Assembly (NCBI GenBank): GCA_965214625.1
Contig: OZ243962.1
Location: forward strand, 491,324-555,323
Reading direction: 5' to 3'
DNA: 64,000 bases
DNA from: Candidatus Poriferihabitaceae bacterium
GTDB lineage: Bacteria; Pseudomonadota; Gammaproteobacteria; Arenicellales; Poriferihabitantaceae
Shown here: piece by piece, positions 30,823 to 41,348 of the stretch
Position numbering within the stretch: the stretch's first letter is position 1
Layout: each line of letters starts with the position of its first letter
Program-made: the position numbers and the translations under genes
The notes under the pieces: model-generated
Seen by the model: only the letters and a program-made list of their open reading frames with translations
What the model was told of the DNA's origin: nothing
The model's database searches: none

Positions 30823-31506
30823 ATGCATCGATTCACCATCCTCACCGGTTTGTTGTGCCTGTTTTGCGGCACAACCGTCTTTGCCAGGGATTATCACGTC
30901 GAACTCGTTGTATTCGAAAGGGCATCTATCGAGAATGAACTGAATCAACAGGTCATGCGTTCCGACCGCCTGCAAACAAGACAGGCGCAGTTGGAAACAC
31001 TCAAAACCAAGGCCAACACCGAAATCGGACTCAGTGACTCGCTCACCTACCTGGAGACGGCCGAAAACAGTCTCATTGCCAACGGGTATCATATTCTCAA
31101 ATCAGCACACTGGAGACAAGCCGCCAGTGTATATCAGGATGCACCCCTGATTTCGTTGGTCGATGAGAGCAAGAACCGGCCTTCTCATCTGTCTGCCGGC
31201 CTTGTCAGAATCTATAAGACCACCTTGATTTTTGCTGATGTTGACTTGCAGCTCACGCTCGACCGACCGGCCCGGTTAATCGAAGGGGAAGAAACCGAAT
31301 TGGCTACCGATGGCCTTTCGGACACAGTGGTGGAACTGAATGCCGGGGCTAATGGATTATTATTGGGTGAGCACGACCCTTCACCTGAAAACTATTTCAT
31401 TTCAGAAAAAAGACGATTGAAATTCAAGGAAGTACACTATTTTGATCATCCCCTTTTTGGCATGATATTGGGGGTCTGGCCCGTTGAAACGGAAACGGTT
31501 GAATGA
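30823..31506 (+). CDS. CsiV-like periplasmic protein (DUF2803-type), tentative
   Basis: Signal peptide MHRFTILTGLLCLFCGTTVFA followed by RDYHVELVVFER, the N-terminal pattern I associate with CsiV-family proteins. It sits directly after mfd, as csiV does in Vibrio. The family assignment is from memory only. Confidence 0.45.
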   Translation: MHRFTILTGLLCLFCGTTVFARDYHVELVVFERASIENELNQQVMRSDRLQTRQAQLETLKTKANTEIGLSDSLTYLETAENSLIANGYHILKSAHWRQAASVYQDAPLISLVDESKNRPSHLSAGLVRIYKTTLIFADVDLQLTLDRPARLIEGEETELATDGLSDTVVELNAGANGLLLGEHDPSPENYFISEKRRLKFKEVHYFDHPLFGMILGVWPVETETVE

Positions 31507-31526
31507 GATAGGGCCAGATTGCCACG

Positions 31527-32258
31527 CTATATCTTCAGATATCGCGAAAGTAAAAACACTTTTTTCGATGCCTTTCGAAAGGATGCTTGTATCATCTCCA
31601 GCGTGATGGCATCACCCCGGCCTGCGGCTGGATTGACGACCAGAGCCAGGCAGGCATACTGCAGGCCCAATTCCCTGGCCAGCGCCGTTTCAGGCATCCC
31701 GGTCATACCGACAATATCGGCACCATCGTTTTCGAGCCTGTCTATCTCTGCGGCACTTTCGAGTCTCGGGCCCTGCGTCGCCGCATAGGTTCCCCCGTCG
31801 ACCAGCGTAACCCCGGCCGACTTGGCAGCATGAAGTAACGAGTTCCTTAATGGCTGGCTATAGGGGTACGCGAATTCAATATGCTGCAACTGGGAACGGT
31901 CACTGTCATAAAACGTATGCTCTCGCCCCCAGGTATAGTCGATGATCTGATCTGGCAGAACCAGTCCGCCACATTGATACTGCGCATTGATTCCTCCGAC
32001 CGTTGCCAAGGCAACGATGTGCGTAGCCCCCAACTGTTGCAGTGCCCAAAGATTGGCTCGATAGTTGATTCTATGTGGTGGAATCGAATGTATGCGTCCA
32101 TGTCGGGGCAGAAAAAAAATCGAGTTTGAGAACAGCCGTCCGACAACAATTTCGGCGGATGGCAACCCATATGGCGTATCAACAGCACGACGGTCCTCCA
32201 CGACAAGGTCGGGTATTTGGGTCAGGCCACTGCCGCCGATCAGTGCGATTTTTTTCAT
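31527..32258 (-). CDS. mtnP: S-methyl-5'-thioadenosine (or thioinosine) phosphorylase, PNP family 2
   Basis: MKKIALIGGSGLTQIPDL...YGLPSAEIVVGRL...FLPRHGRIHSIPPHRINYRANLWALQQLGATHIVALATVGGI. I chose the ATG at 32258. The track ORF begins 15 codons upstream. Confidence 0.8.
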   Translation of the reverse strand: MKKIALIGGSGLTQIPDLVVEDRRAVDTPYGLPSAEIVVGRLFSNSIFFLPRHGRIHSIPPHRINYRANLWALQQLGATHIVALATVGGINAQYQCGGLVLPDQIIDYTWGREHTFYDSDRSQLQHIEFAYPYSQPLRNSLLHAAKSAGVTLVDGGTYAATQGPRLESAAEIDRLENDGADIVGMTGMPETALARELGLQYACLALVVNPAAGRGDAITLEMIQASFRKASKKVFLLSRYLKI

Positions 32259-32381
32259 CGTTCGCCCCATGTGAACACCCTCGTGGTCATCTGTGTCAAC
32301 CAAGACCGGAGCATGATGAACCCAACTGCAAATTCACCGACGTCTTCCATGCTCACGAAGACAGCTTACCCTCTTTGTGCA

Positions 32382-34169
32382 TCACGGTTCAAAATTTCTT
32401 GGTTGGAAGGAAAGATCCCGTTTGGCCGCATCAATGGGGCAAACGAGATTTTTCGACATCCTGCCGGCCATTGCAGGAGAAAGAAAACCGAGTCCCGGCA
32501 ACCACCGCACCAGACGGAGACACCATTTGACCAGTGGCAGCGGCACTTCAATCATTCTCGGTTTCATTTTCAGTGAATCGTATACTCGCACAATCATATC
32601 GCGATAGGTCAACTGTTCTGCACCCCCGAGATCATACCGTCTAGCCAGACCGGTCAATGGCATCTGCATCATCTGAACACAAGCACAAGCAATATCTTCG
32701 GCATGCACAGGCTGACGCAAGGAATCGGCCTTTTCAAGTATCGGAAATACACGAAAAAACTTGATTATTTTCTTAATAAAATTGATATTTTTGTTTCTAC
32801 TTCCACCATATATCAGCGTCGGGCGAAAGATACAAAGATCCAGATTGAACGCTTCGGAAAACTGCATCAACCACTGCTCACCGCTGTTCAGTTTCTGTGC
32901 GATGTGACGTTCTCGCGGGTCTTCACTATCCCGTTTGCTGATCACGCTGGTCGAACTGAGGGCAATGATCCGTTGCGGTCGGAAACGCTCAAAGACCGTT
33001 GCCAATTCGCTGGATGTCCAGATGGGTGCCAAATTAATCCATACATCTATCCCGCCAAGATCATCGGCAGGCACCTTGGCAAAATACTCGGGCGCAAAAC
33101 GATGGAGATAGCGATGACGGTCAGCGGGCTGCGATTGCTGTCGATTGATCCCAATCGTCTGATAATGACGGGGCAAGAGCGGAATCAGGAAATCACCTAC
33201 ATCCGACCCCAACCCGGTAATCAATACAACAGGGCGACGCTGTTGGCCTGGAAAATCAGGGGACAATTCATCGATCGGAAACACCTGTCTCCACCACAAC
33301 ATTTTCTTGAAACAGGATTGACCCAGACGAAGCAGGCTGATCATCCACAAATGACTCATGACCAACAGTGTCATCCCGTATAATCCCAGCGTTCCGACAC
33401 GCTTTGGCCGATGCTTTTTATAATAGATCAACATACTACGATGTTTGGATTTCTCGACCTGAAAGGCGGTCGTGCCGGCTGAAACGCCCTGTTTGTGAAA
33501 GACTGAAATGTGGGGGCAGAACAGGACCTGGTAACCTGCGTCACGCACCTTTCGACAAATATCCAGATCCTCACAATGTAAAAAGTAGTCCTCATCCAGC
33601 CTCCCCACTGCCTCAAGCGGCTGACGGCGAATCATCATCGCCGCTCCTGAAACCGCATCCACCGGTTGTGGGTCAATGGGCAATGGCTGATAGGTGAGAT
33701 CCACCCCGGACAGTTTTTTTCCCAATCCAAGCGCCGTGATCAGACTGCGGGTAAAAGTAGGCTCATTACGCCGGCAACCTCTTTGTTCGCAGCCATTCTC
33801 ATCGAACACCAGGGCACCGGCGATGGCAACCGATTGATTGGTATCCAGTACCTGGCAAAACTTGTCAATCGTCTGTGGATAAATCACACAATCGGGATTC
33901 AACAACAGGACATAATCACAAGACGCCTGGACGAGACCGACATTGACCGCCCGAGAAAATCCGATATTGGCACGATTTCGTATGATTTCAATTCGATGAA
34001 TATCAGATTGGAGTTCACTGACCAACCGCATACTGTGATCCTTTGAACCATTGTCGACCAAAATCACCTCGACTGGCGAGACCGAATCCAAAACCGACAA
34101 GAAACAGCGCCTGAGATAGGCACCACTGTTGTAGTTCACCACAATGACACTGGCCAAATACGGTTTCAT
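32382..34169 (-). CDS. fusion protein: family-2 glycosyltransferase + transmembrane segment + atypical extended-SDR-like (NAD(P)-binding Rossmann) domain
   Basis: 595 aa. The N-terminal GT-A/GT2 part has SVIVVNYNSGAYLRRC, VDNGSKD, LLLNPD and FLHCEDLDICRKVRDAGY. A hydrophobic helix follows (LGLYGMTLLVMSHLWMISLL). The C-terminal ~290 aa have VVLITGLGSDVGDF, LSSTSV and RQPVHAEDIA, with HIAQK where YxxxK is expected. Confidence 0.7.
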   Translation of the reverse strand: MKPYLASVIVVNYNSGAYLRRCFLSVLDSVSPVEVILVDNGSKDHSMRLVSELQSDIHRIEIIRNRANIGFSRAVNVGLVQASCDYVLLLNPDCVIYPQTIDKFCQVLDTNQSVAIAGALVFDENGCEQRGCRRNEPTFTRSLITALGLGKKLSGVDLTYQPLPIDPQPVDAVSGAAMMIRRQPLEAVGRLDEDYFLHCEDLDICRKVRDAGYQVLFCPHISVFHKQGVSAGTTAFQVEKSKHRSMLIYYKKHRPKRVGTLGLYGMTLLVMSHLWMISLLRLGQSCFKKMLWWRQVFPIDELSPDFPGQQRRPVVLITGLGSDVGDFLIPLLPRHYQTIGINRQQSQPADRHRYLHRFAPEYFAKVPADDLGGIDVWINLAPIWTSSELATVFERFRPQRIIALSSTSVISKRDSEDPRERHIAQKLNSGEQWLMQFSEAFNLDLCIFRPTLIYGGSRNKNINFIKKIIKFFRVFPILEKADSLRQPVHAEDIACACVQMMQMPLTGLARRYDLGGAEQLTYRDMIVRVYDSLKMKPRMIEVPLPLVKWCLRLVRWLPGLGFLSPAMAGRMSKNLVCPIDAAKRDLSFQPRNFEP

Positions 34170-34501
34170 GTACTTGATCGAATCAATAAAGACCGTGCAT
34201 GGAAAAGGCGAGCAACATGTGATCAGTGGGGCGTTTCAATCATCCGGGACGAGAAATCGGCATCGATTGGACCGGTTGCCTGCCCCTGTTCTTCCCATCG
34301 GGCGCTCCCTGTGTGGTCTGCGATCAGCGTTGTGAATATTTGCGTTCCATCGAAGGCGGTGACAAGCACAATCTGGGGGGCATCCGCCTTCCCCGCTGAC
34401 AGTCGCATGCTCGACATCGATCAATGACTCCGGTTCAGGCCGACTTCAGTCATCCGACTGACAGGCGGATAACAACAGGATTGGGTTCATCCATCCTCTC
34501 C

Positions 34502-35383
34502 TTAAACCGACGGCCTCTCATCATCAAGCAATCGCTTGAGATACCGGCCGTAGTCGTTCTTGTTGAGTTGGGTTGCCAGCGTATCTAGCTGCTCATTGTC
34601 AATATAGCCCATCCGCCAGCATATTTCCTCGGGGCAGCAGATTTTCATGCCCTGCCGTTGTTCTATGGTCTCAATAAACTTGGCCGCATCGAGCAAAGAA
34701 TCATGGGTACCGGTGTCCAGCCAGGCCATTCCCCGACCCATCACTTCCACACTCAACAGCCCCTCATCCAGGTAACTCCGATTGAGATCAGTGATTTCCA
34801 ACTCACCTCTTGCCGACGGCCTCAGGTTCAAAGCCCGTTGGACAACCGTTTCATCATAAAAATACAAGCCGGTTACTGCATATTTCGACTTCGGTCGTAT
34901 CGGTTTTTCTGCCAAATCAATAGCCTTGCCCTCCTTGTTGAATGTCACCACACCATAACGTTCGGGGTCTTTGACCTGATAGGCGAAGACACGCGCACCT
35001 TGCCTGATGCCCGCCGCAGACTCCAATCGATCAGTGAGTTGGTACCCATAAAATATATTGTCGCCAAGAATCAGTGCGCTGGGTTGATTCCCAATAAACT
35101 CGGAACCGATAATGAAGGCTTGCGCTAACCCGTCCGGACTGGGCTGAACAGCATATGACAGATTCACACCCCACTGCTCACCCCCTCCCAGTAACAGCTG
35201 GAACCGGGGTGTATCTTCCGGGGTCGAAATGATCAATATATCCCTGACCCCCGCGAGAAGCAAGACAGACAAGGGATAATAAATCATGGGTTTGTCATAA
35301 ACCGGAATCAGCTGTTTCGAAACCGCCTTTGTGGTCGGCCAAAGCCGTGTGCCGGAACCACCCGCCAGGATGATACCTCTCAC
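34502..35383 (-). CDS. rfbA: glucose-1-phosphate thymidylyltransferase
   Basis: [54 protein letters not shown]. There is a 4-nt overlap with rfbB. Confidence 0.95.
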   Translation of the reverse strand: MRGIILAGGSGTRLWPTTKAVSKQLIPVYDKPMIYYPLSVLLLAGVRDILIISTPEDTPRFQLLLGGGEQWGVNLSYAVQPSPDGLAQAFIIGSEFIGNQPSALILGDNIFYGYQLTDRLESAAGIRQGARVFAYQVKDPERYGVVTFNKEGKAIDLAEKPIRPKSKYAVTGLYFYDETVVQRALNLRPSARGELEITDLNRSYLDEGLLSVEVMGRGMAWLDTGTHDSLLDAAKFIETIEQRQGMKICCPEEICWRMGYIDNEQLDTLATQLNKNDYGRYLKRLLDDERPSV

Positions 35384-36486
35384 TGAAGCAACCCTCCTGC
35401 GCGTGTCTCACGCACACCCAAGCGCTGGCCCCGTTGCGGATTGCGTGACAGCGCGGCATCCACCCACGCTTGATTGACCAAATACCATTCAACCGTTTTT
35501 TGCATGCCCGAGTCAAATGACTCCCGCGGCCGCCAATCCAATTCGGTCATTACCCGGGTCGCATCAATCGCATAACGATAGTCATGCCCGGGACGATCAG
35601 TGACATAGGTGATCTGTGAAGCATACGAACGATTTTGACCGGCTGGTTGCAGACGATCCAATATATGACAAACAGTTTTGACCACATCGAGATTGGTCCG
35701 CTCCGCATGACCGCCGACATTATAGCTTCGACCCGGCTTCCCGTGACACAGTATCTTCACCAGTGCACGGGCATGGTCATCCACATACAGCCAGTCCCGC
35801 ACATTCTCGCCATGACCATAAACCGGTATGGGTTGCCCGCTGATCGCCTTCGATATAATGACAGGGACCAGTTTCTCCGGATACTGGTAAGGGCCATAGT
35901 TATTTGAGCAATTGGAGAGCACCACTGGCAATCCAAACGTTGCATGCCATGCCCTCACGAGATGGTCCGAAGCGGCCTTGCTGGCCGAGTAGGGGGAGTT
36001 GGGCTGATAGGGAGAATGCTCGGTAAAGGCCCCTTCGTCACCCAGACTGCCAAAAACCTCATCGGTTGAAATATGATGGAAACGAAACCCATCAGTTTGT
36101 CCTGTGGCACACTGTCGTTCGTAGTAACGACGGGTTACCTCAAGCAGTCGGTAGGTGCCGACAATATTGGTCTGTATGAATTCTGCCGGTCCGTCGATTG
36201 ATCTGTCGACATGGGATTCCGCCGCAAGATGCATAATGGCATGGGGCCGATAGCGGTCGAAAATCGCCGTCATGGCTTGTGCATCACAAATATCGACCTG
36301 CTCGAAATGGTAGCGGGGATGGTCCGACTCGCACTCCAGTGTCTGCACATTTCCCGCATAGGTCAATTTGTCAACGTTGACCACGCTGCAACAAGCGTCA
36401 TTCAACAGATGGCGAATGACCGCCGAACCGATAAACCCCGCACCGCCAGTGACCACGATTGTAGTGCCCCTCATCGACTCATTCAT
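35380..36486 (-). CDS. rfbB: dTDP-glucose 4,6-dehydratase
   Basis: [46 protein letters not shown] and [15 protein letters not shown]. Confidence 0.95.
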   Translation of the reverse strand: MNESMRGTTIVVTGGAGFIGSAVIRHLLNDACCSVVNVDKLTYAGNVQTLECESDHPRYHFEQVDICDAQAMTAIFDRYRPHAIMHLAAESHVDRSIDGPAEFIQTNIVGTYRLLEVTRRYYERQCATGQTDGFRFHHISTDEVFGSLGDEGAFTEHSPYQPNSPYSASKAASDHLVRAWHATFGLPVVLSNCSNNYGPYQYPEKLVPVIISKAISGQPIPVYGHGENVRDWLYVDDHARALVKILCHGKPGRSYNVGGHAERTNLDVVKTVCHILDRLQPAGQNRSYASQITYVTDRPGHDYRYAIDATRVMTELDWRPRESFDSGMQKTVEWYLVNQAWVDAALSRNPQRGQRLGVRETRAGGLLQ

Positions 36487-36510
36487 TTCAAATACCGGCA
36501 GAGTCCGTCT

Positions 36511-37503
36511 TCAGGATGCATCGGACAGGAGTTTGACATACTTCCCGATACCTTGTTCAATCGTCTCAAAAACGTGGTTATACCCCGACTCGCGCAGTCT
36601 CGATAAATCCGCACAGGTATAGCTCTGATATTTTCCAACGAGCACATCGGGAATCGGTACATATTGAATTTCGCCGCTCTCGATTGCCTCGTGCAAGCCA
36701 ACCTGAGGCTGCTGGCGGGATGCCCGACAGGCATTAATCACCGCTAAGGCCACTTCGTTGAAACTCTGTCCCCGACCCGTACCGACATTGAAAATACCAC
36801 TGATGTCAGGATGGTCCCATAAAAACAAATTTACCCGCACAACATCATCGACCGATACAAAATCTCTGCGTTGCTCACCATCTCCATAGCCCCCTGATCC
36901 CTTGAACAAACGTACTCTGCCGGAGGCCTGATATTGCTGGTGAAAATGCCAGCCGACGGAGGCCATGCGTCCCTTGTGCTGTTCTCGCGGTCCATACACA
37001 TTGAAATAGCGCAAGCCGGCGATCTGAGCCATCCCTGTCCCGGTGCGCTGACGACGCAAGTAGTTATCGAACAACAACTTGGAGTATGCGTAGGCATTCA
37101 GAGGCGACTCATTGGCTGGATCTTCTGCAAAACGGGTGCTGGCGCCATAGACGGAAGCGGAAGAGGCATAGATCAAACGTCCGTGATGTCGCTGGCAGAA
37201 ATGATACAGCAGTTTTGAGTAGGTGAAATTGTTTTCCATCACATAGCGACCGTCGGTCTCCATCGTGTCTGAGCAGGCCCCTTGATGGAAAATGACATCA
37301 ATATTACCTTCCCAGTTGTCTTCCATCATGTGTCGGAATGTGGCCTTGTCGATATAATCCGCAATCCGCAAATCCGACAGATTGACCACCTTGTCGGCAT
37401 TCTTGAGATGGTCGACCAGCAGGATATCATCAATCCCCCGATCATTGAGCGCCTTGATCAAATTCGAACCGATAAACCCTGCTCCGCCAGTGACAATAAA
37501 CAT
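36511..37503 (-). CDS. hldD: ADP-L-glycero-D-manno-heptose 6-epimerase
   Basis: [42 protein letters not shown]...RYFNVYGPREQHKGRMASV. It is close to collinear with E. coli HldD/RfaD. There is a TAATG overlap with hldA. Confidence 0.93.
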   Translation of the reverse strand: MFIVTGGAGFIGSNLIKALNDRGIDDILLVDHLKNADKVVNLSDLRIADYIDKATFRHMMEDNWEGNIDVIFHQGACSDTMETDGRYVMENNFTYSKLLYHFCQRHHGRLIYASSASVYGASTRFAEDPANESPLNAYAYSKLLFDNYLRRQRTGTGMAQIAGLRYFNVYGPREQHKGRMASVGWHFHQQYQASGRVRLFKGSGGYGDGEQRRDFVSVDDVVRVNLFLWDHPDISGIFNVGTGRGQSFNEVALAVINACRASRQQPQVGLHEAIESGEIQYVPIPDVLVGKYQSYTCADLSRLRESGYNHVFETIEQGIGKYVKLLSDAS

Positions 37504-38471
37504 TATTGCATCTCCTTTCCCTGCTGCAAGGCCACCTTGAGTTCTTCCATTCCCACGGTCGCCGTACCCAGTTTGGACACCACAATACCTGCGGCAGTAT
37601 TGGCCAGTTCCAGCGAATCCGCATCATTCAGACCGGTCGCCAATGCCATTGCCATAACAGCAATCACCGTATCGCCTGCGCCACTGACATCGTACACCTC
37701 GTGTGTTTTTGCCACGCGGTGCATGGCGGTCGATTGCCGATTAAACAGAACCACCCCCTTTTCACTCAAAGTAATCAGCAGTTTACTGATCTCCAGTGCC
37801 TCAATCAGGGCAGCAGCCTTGTGTCCCATTTCTTCGCGGCTGTCCGCTTCACCGACGACAGCTTCAAACTCCTTCAGATTGGGCGTGATCATGGTCGCCC
37901 CCCTGTATCGTTCAAATTGACTCCCTTTCGGGTCCACCAGCACAGGCTTATCATGCCGATTGGCCATCTCAATCATTTGCTCGATACGGCCAAGTCCGCC
38001 TTTAGCATAATCCGACAGTACCACGATGTCGTGCTGATCAATCAGTTCCTCGAATTGTTTCATGCTCCGGTTTAAGGCATTGACACCCGGTGAGGTTTCA
38101 AAATCAGCCCGCAACAGCTGTTGATTTCTGGATATCACACGCAACTTGATGGTGGTTTTGATGTTTTCATCGACGACAAGTGCCGAGGTCACGCCACACG
38201 CACGGGCAAGATCGTCAACCCGTTCTCCCGCCTCATCCTTTCCAACGATACCCAGTAGCGTACTTTGCCCGCGTAATGCGGTCACATTACAGGAAACATT
38301 TCCCGCACCGCCAATACGTTCTTCGGTACTGTCAACCGAAACCACTGGAACGGGAGCTTCAGGAGAAATCCGATCAACCGAGCCAAACCAGTAGCGATCA
38401 AGCATCACGTCTCCAACCACAAGTACGCGGATGTCTGCAAGCCGTTCGAGCTTATCTTCTACCCATTCCAT
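37503..38471 (-). CDS. hldA: D-glycero-beta-D-manno-heptose-7-phosphate kinase (RfaE domain I only)
   Basis: 322 aa: [29 protein letters not shown], a PfkB-type sugar kinase, with C-terminal DVSGAGDTV. There is no C-terminal adenylyltransferase domain. Confidence 0.88.
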   Translation of the reverse strand: MEWVEDKLERLADIRVLVVGDVMLDRYWFGSVDRISPEAPVPVVSVDSTEERIGGAGNVSCNVTALRGQSTLLGIVGKDEAGERVDDLARACGVTSALVVDENIKTTIKLRVISRNQQLLRADFETSPGVNALNRSMKQFEELIDQHDIVVLSDYAKGGLGRIEQMIEMANRHDKPVLVDPKGSQFERYRGATMITPNLKEFEAVVGEADSREEMGHKAAALIEALEISKLLITLSEKGVVLFNRQSTAMHRVAKTHEVYDVSGAGDTVIAVMAMALATGLNDADSLELANTAAGIVVSKLGTATVGMEELKVALQQGKEMQ

Positions 38472-39777
38472 AGTAAATCAGTCCCGCTTCTTTTATCGCC
38501 TGAGGAAAAAATATATTTCTTCCGTCCACTACCACGTTACCTCTCATTTTCTCAACGATCTGCGGCAAATCCGGCGAACGGAAAAGCCCCCACTCGGTCA
38601 CCACGATCAATCCATCTGCATCCGTCAGCGCGTCGTAGCAGTTATCTTTGAATAATAACAGGTCCTTTCGCTCTCCATAGATCCGCCTTGCCTCATCGGT
38701 TGCAACAGGATCAAATGCCTGTACCCTCGCGCCCCTCTCCCACAATGCCTCAATCAAAACCCGACTGGGCGCATCACGCATATCATCCGTACCCGGTTTG
38801 AATGACAACCCCCACACGGCGAAACATTTACCGTTCAGATCTTCTCCGAAATGCTGCGTGATCAACTCAGCGGTTTTTTTCTTTTGGTCTGTATTAATGG
38901 CCTCTACCGCCTCCAGCAGTCTTGCATCGTACCCCTTCTGCCTGGCAGTTCGAGACAACGCCCGTATATCTTTCGGAAAACAGGATCCCCCATAACCACA
39001 TCCCGGATAAATAAACGAAAAACCAATTCTGGGGTCCGAGCCAATCCCCTGTCGAACCGACTCGATGTCTGCACCCAATTTGACCGCCAGATTTGACATT
39101 TCATTCATGAAAGAAATCTTGGTTGCGAGCATGGCGTTGGCAGCATACTTGGTCAACTCCGCAGAAGGAATATCCATGGTGATCATACGATCATGATTGC
39201 GATTAAACGGCGCATAGAGCACCTTCATCAGGTTCAGTGCCCGCTCATCATCGGTACCGATGATAATCCGGTCTGGCTTCATGAAATCCTCTACGGCGGC
39301 TCCTTCTTTCAAAAACTCCGGGTTGGAAACGATGCTGAAAGGAATCGTTTCATTGCGTGTCTGGAGCACTTCATTAATCACGGAATACACCTTCTGGGTT
39401 GTACCGACCGGTACCGTGGACTTGATGACAACCACACTGTAGCGCTGTATCAGTTCACCGACTGATCTGGACACCTGAAGCACATGGCCAAGGTCAGCCG
39501 AACCATCTTCACCCGGCGGGGTGCCGACCGCAATAAAGATGACCTCGCCATGCTCGACCCCCTGGCCAATATCGGTGGAGAATTTGAGGCGTTGAGCCGC
39601 CGCATTTGCCTCAACCAGCACATCGAGCCTGGGTTCATGGATCGGTATCTGGCCGCTTTGCAATGCCTTTATCTTGTCTTTGTCGGTATCAATGCAAAGG
39701 ACATGATTGCCCATTTCAGACAAACAGGCGCCGGTCACTAATCCGACATAGCCGGTACCTACTACGGTAATCTTCAT
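38452..39777 (-). CDS. ugd: UDP-glucose 6-dehydrogenase
   Basis: [39 protein letters not shown]... and GGSCFPKDI with the catalytic Cys. I chose the ATG at 39777. The track ORF's extra 82 N-terminal residues overlap lapB and are junk-like. Confidence 0.92.
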   Translation of the reverse strand: MKITVVGTGYVGLVTGACLSEMGNHVLCIDTDKDKIKALQSGQIPIHEPRLDVLVEANAAAQRLKFSTDIGQGVEHGEVIFIAVGTPPGEDGSADLGHVLQVSRSVGELIQRYSVVVIKSTVPVGTTQKVYSVINEVLQTRNETIPFSIVSNPEFLKEGAAVEDFMKPDRIIIGTDDERALNLMKVLYAPFNRNHDRMITMDIPSAELTKYAANAMLATKISFMNEMSNLAVKLGADIESVRQGIGSDPRIGFSFIYPGCGYGGSCFPKDIRALSRTARQKGYDARLLEAVEAINTDQKKKTAELITQHFGEDLNGKCFAVWGLSFKPGTDDMRDAPSRVLIEALWERGARVQAFDPVATDEARRIYGERKDLLLFKDNCYDALTDADGLIVVTEWGLFRSPDLPQIVEKMRGNVVVDGRNIFFPQAIKEAGLIYYGMGRR

Positions 39778-39823
39778 GCTTGTAAGGGATGGTATATGAT
39801 GATCGGTTCGGGTCGCTCGGCGA

Positions 39824-41026
39824 TCAGCCCGCGGTGCTTCGCACAGCACTCCCGGATACCCGATTGGAGATGCGTTTTTGTACCGACCCCCACGCCTTGC
39901 AGCCAGGACATTGCCAGTGCAACGAGTGACTGTTGAATCCACATTGTCGACAGTGATATTCGCGGGCCACGCTGACGACCTGCGGCAGCAGTAAAGCCAG
40001 CAGTGAGAGTGTTTCCCCTTCACGCGCCGCCAGGTTCCGCTCTCCTTTGAGTGTCATCAATTGGGACAGATTCTCGAAATTCGGATATTGACGAACCAGA
40101 TCGACCAGCAAAGCGTGTCCCTGCGCTTCTCCTTGTTCACGCCGGGTCAATTCCACCAGCATTGTGATAATACGGGGGTCTGGATTTTTATGCAGCGCTG
40201 ACTGCAGAAACTGTCTCAGAGATCTGCTGTCTCCAAGCACGCGATAACTGTTTGCAATATGCTCAACCACTTCACCAAGGGCCTCCGGTGCCCAGTGCTC
40301 CAGTTCCCGCCATATGCCGATGGCATTATGGTGATTGCCCTTCATTGATGCAATCCGGCCTGACTGGATTACCGCCCTGACGCAGTGTGAATAACATTCA
40401 AAAGCGGCATCAAGATCTCGTTCGGCCTGCTCATAACTCCCCCGAATCATCGCACTTTCAGCGAGTTCACAATGATATTGTGCCAGCGCCTCGGAATAGT
40501 CATGTTCAGAGAAACGCTGAAGGTCCTCGGTGACCGCGATTGCGTTCAGCCACTCCTTTTCCTGATCATAAATCTGCAGTAAAAATCGACAAGCGGACTC
40601 CTGGTACTGCGGAATCTGCTTTAATTCCTGAAACAGATTTTCAGCACGATCAAACAGGCCAGCCTTGAGATAGTCCTGTGCCAATTCGAACAACGCGGCT
40701 GACCGCAATCGGGCATCCAAATCAGCTCTCGTAACAAGGTTTTGATGGATTCTGATAGCCCGTTCCGTTTCACCCCGCCGCCTGAAAAGATTGCCCAACG
40801 CCATATGTATCTCAATCGTGTCACTGTCGACCTCGACCGCCTCAAGGAACGCCTGAAGCGCCTTGTCGGGCTGCTCATTGAGCAAAAAATCCAGTCCCTT
40901 GAAATAGACAGCAGGCAGTTTTTTCGTGTTTCCCGCAACCGCATCCGACCCCGGGGCCCGACTGGCCATGATCCATCCACCTGCCGCAGCAATGGGTAAC
41001 AGCAACAATAGCCAGGCCGGGTCCAT
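39824..41026 (-). CDS. lapB: lipopolysaccharide assembly protein B (TPR + rubredoxin-type zinc finger)
   Basis: 400 aa with an N-terminal TM helix ([21 protein letters not shown]), TPR repeats and the C-terminal [23 protein letters not shown]. It follows lapA and ihfB as in other gammaproteobacteria. Confidence 0.88.
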   Translation of the reverse strand: MDPAWLLLLLPIAAAGGWIMASRAPGSDAVAGNTKKLPAVYFKGLDFLLNEQPDKALQAFLEAVEVDSDTIEIHMALGNLFRRRGETERAIRIHQNLVTRADLDARLRSAALFELAQDYLKAGLFDRAENLFQELKQIPQYQESACRFLLQIYDQEKEWLNAIAVTEDLQRFSEHDYSEALAQYHCELAESAMIRGSYEQAERDLDAAFECYSHCVRAVIQSGRIASMKGNHHNAIGIWRELEHWAPEALGEVVEHIANSYRVLGDSRSLRQFLQSALHKNPDPRIITMLVELTRREQGEAQGHALLVDLVRQYPNFENLSQLMTLKGERNLAAREGETLSLLALLLPQVVSVAREYHCRQCGFNSHSLHWQCPGCKAWGSVQKRISNRVSGSAVRSTAG

Positions 41027-41076
41027 CAGCTGTCGATCAAAAGCATGCGGTTGGAATGCCGACTCAAGGCTCTCGC

Positions 41077-41337
41077 CTAATGCCTGATCGACTCGAGATT
41101 TCTGACCTCCTTCCTGGCTTTCGACAGGGCCCGTCTCATTTTCAATGTCACAAGAAAAGAAACACTGTACCCGGTAATCACTCCAATCGTAAAAATCGAA
41201 AGAATCAACATCGATAAGTGCATTTCCATGGTTGCAGACAGATACTGAATGGTGACTGTCCGATTGTTCATGTACGTGAAAGTCAAACCAATAAAAACAG
41301 CTATAATGATAAAAACAACGTATAGTAGCTTTTTCAC
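41077..41337 (-). CDS. lapA: lipopolysaccharide assembly protein A (DUF1049 membrane protein)
   Basis: 86 aa with two TM helices and a basic C-terminus (KMRRALSKARKEVRNLE). Its position is immediately upstream of lapB. Confidence 0.7.
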   Translation of the reverse strand: MKKLLYVVFIIIAVFIGLTFTYMNNRTVTIQYLSATMEMHLSMLILSIFTIGVITGYSVSFLVTLKMRRALSKARKEVRNLESIRH

Positions 41338-41348
41338 TGATCTATCCT

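Noticed and set aside
39778-40023. An 82-residue N-terminal extension of the ugd ORF that overlaps the 3' end of lapB.
   Set aside because: The canonical Ugd N-terminus [12 protein letters not shown] starts at 39777. The extension is Arg/Cys-rich and overlaps the well-supported lapB zinc-finger coding region.
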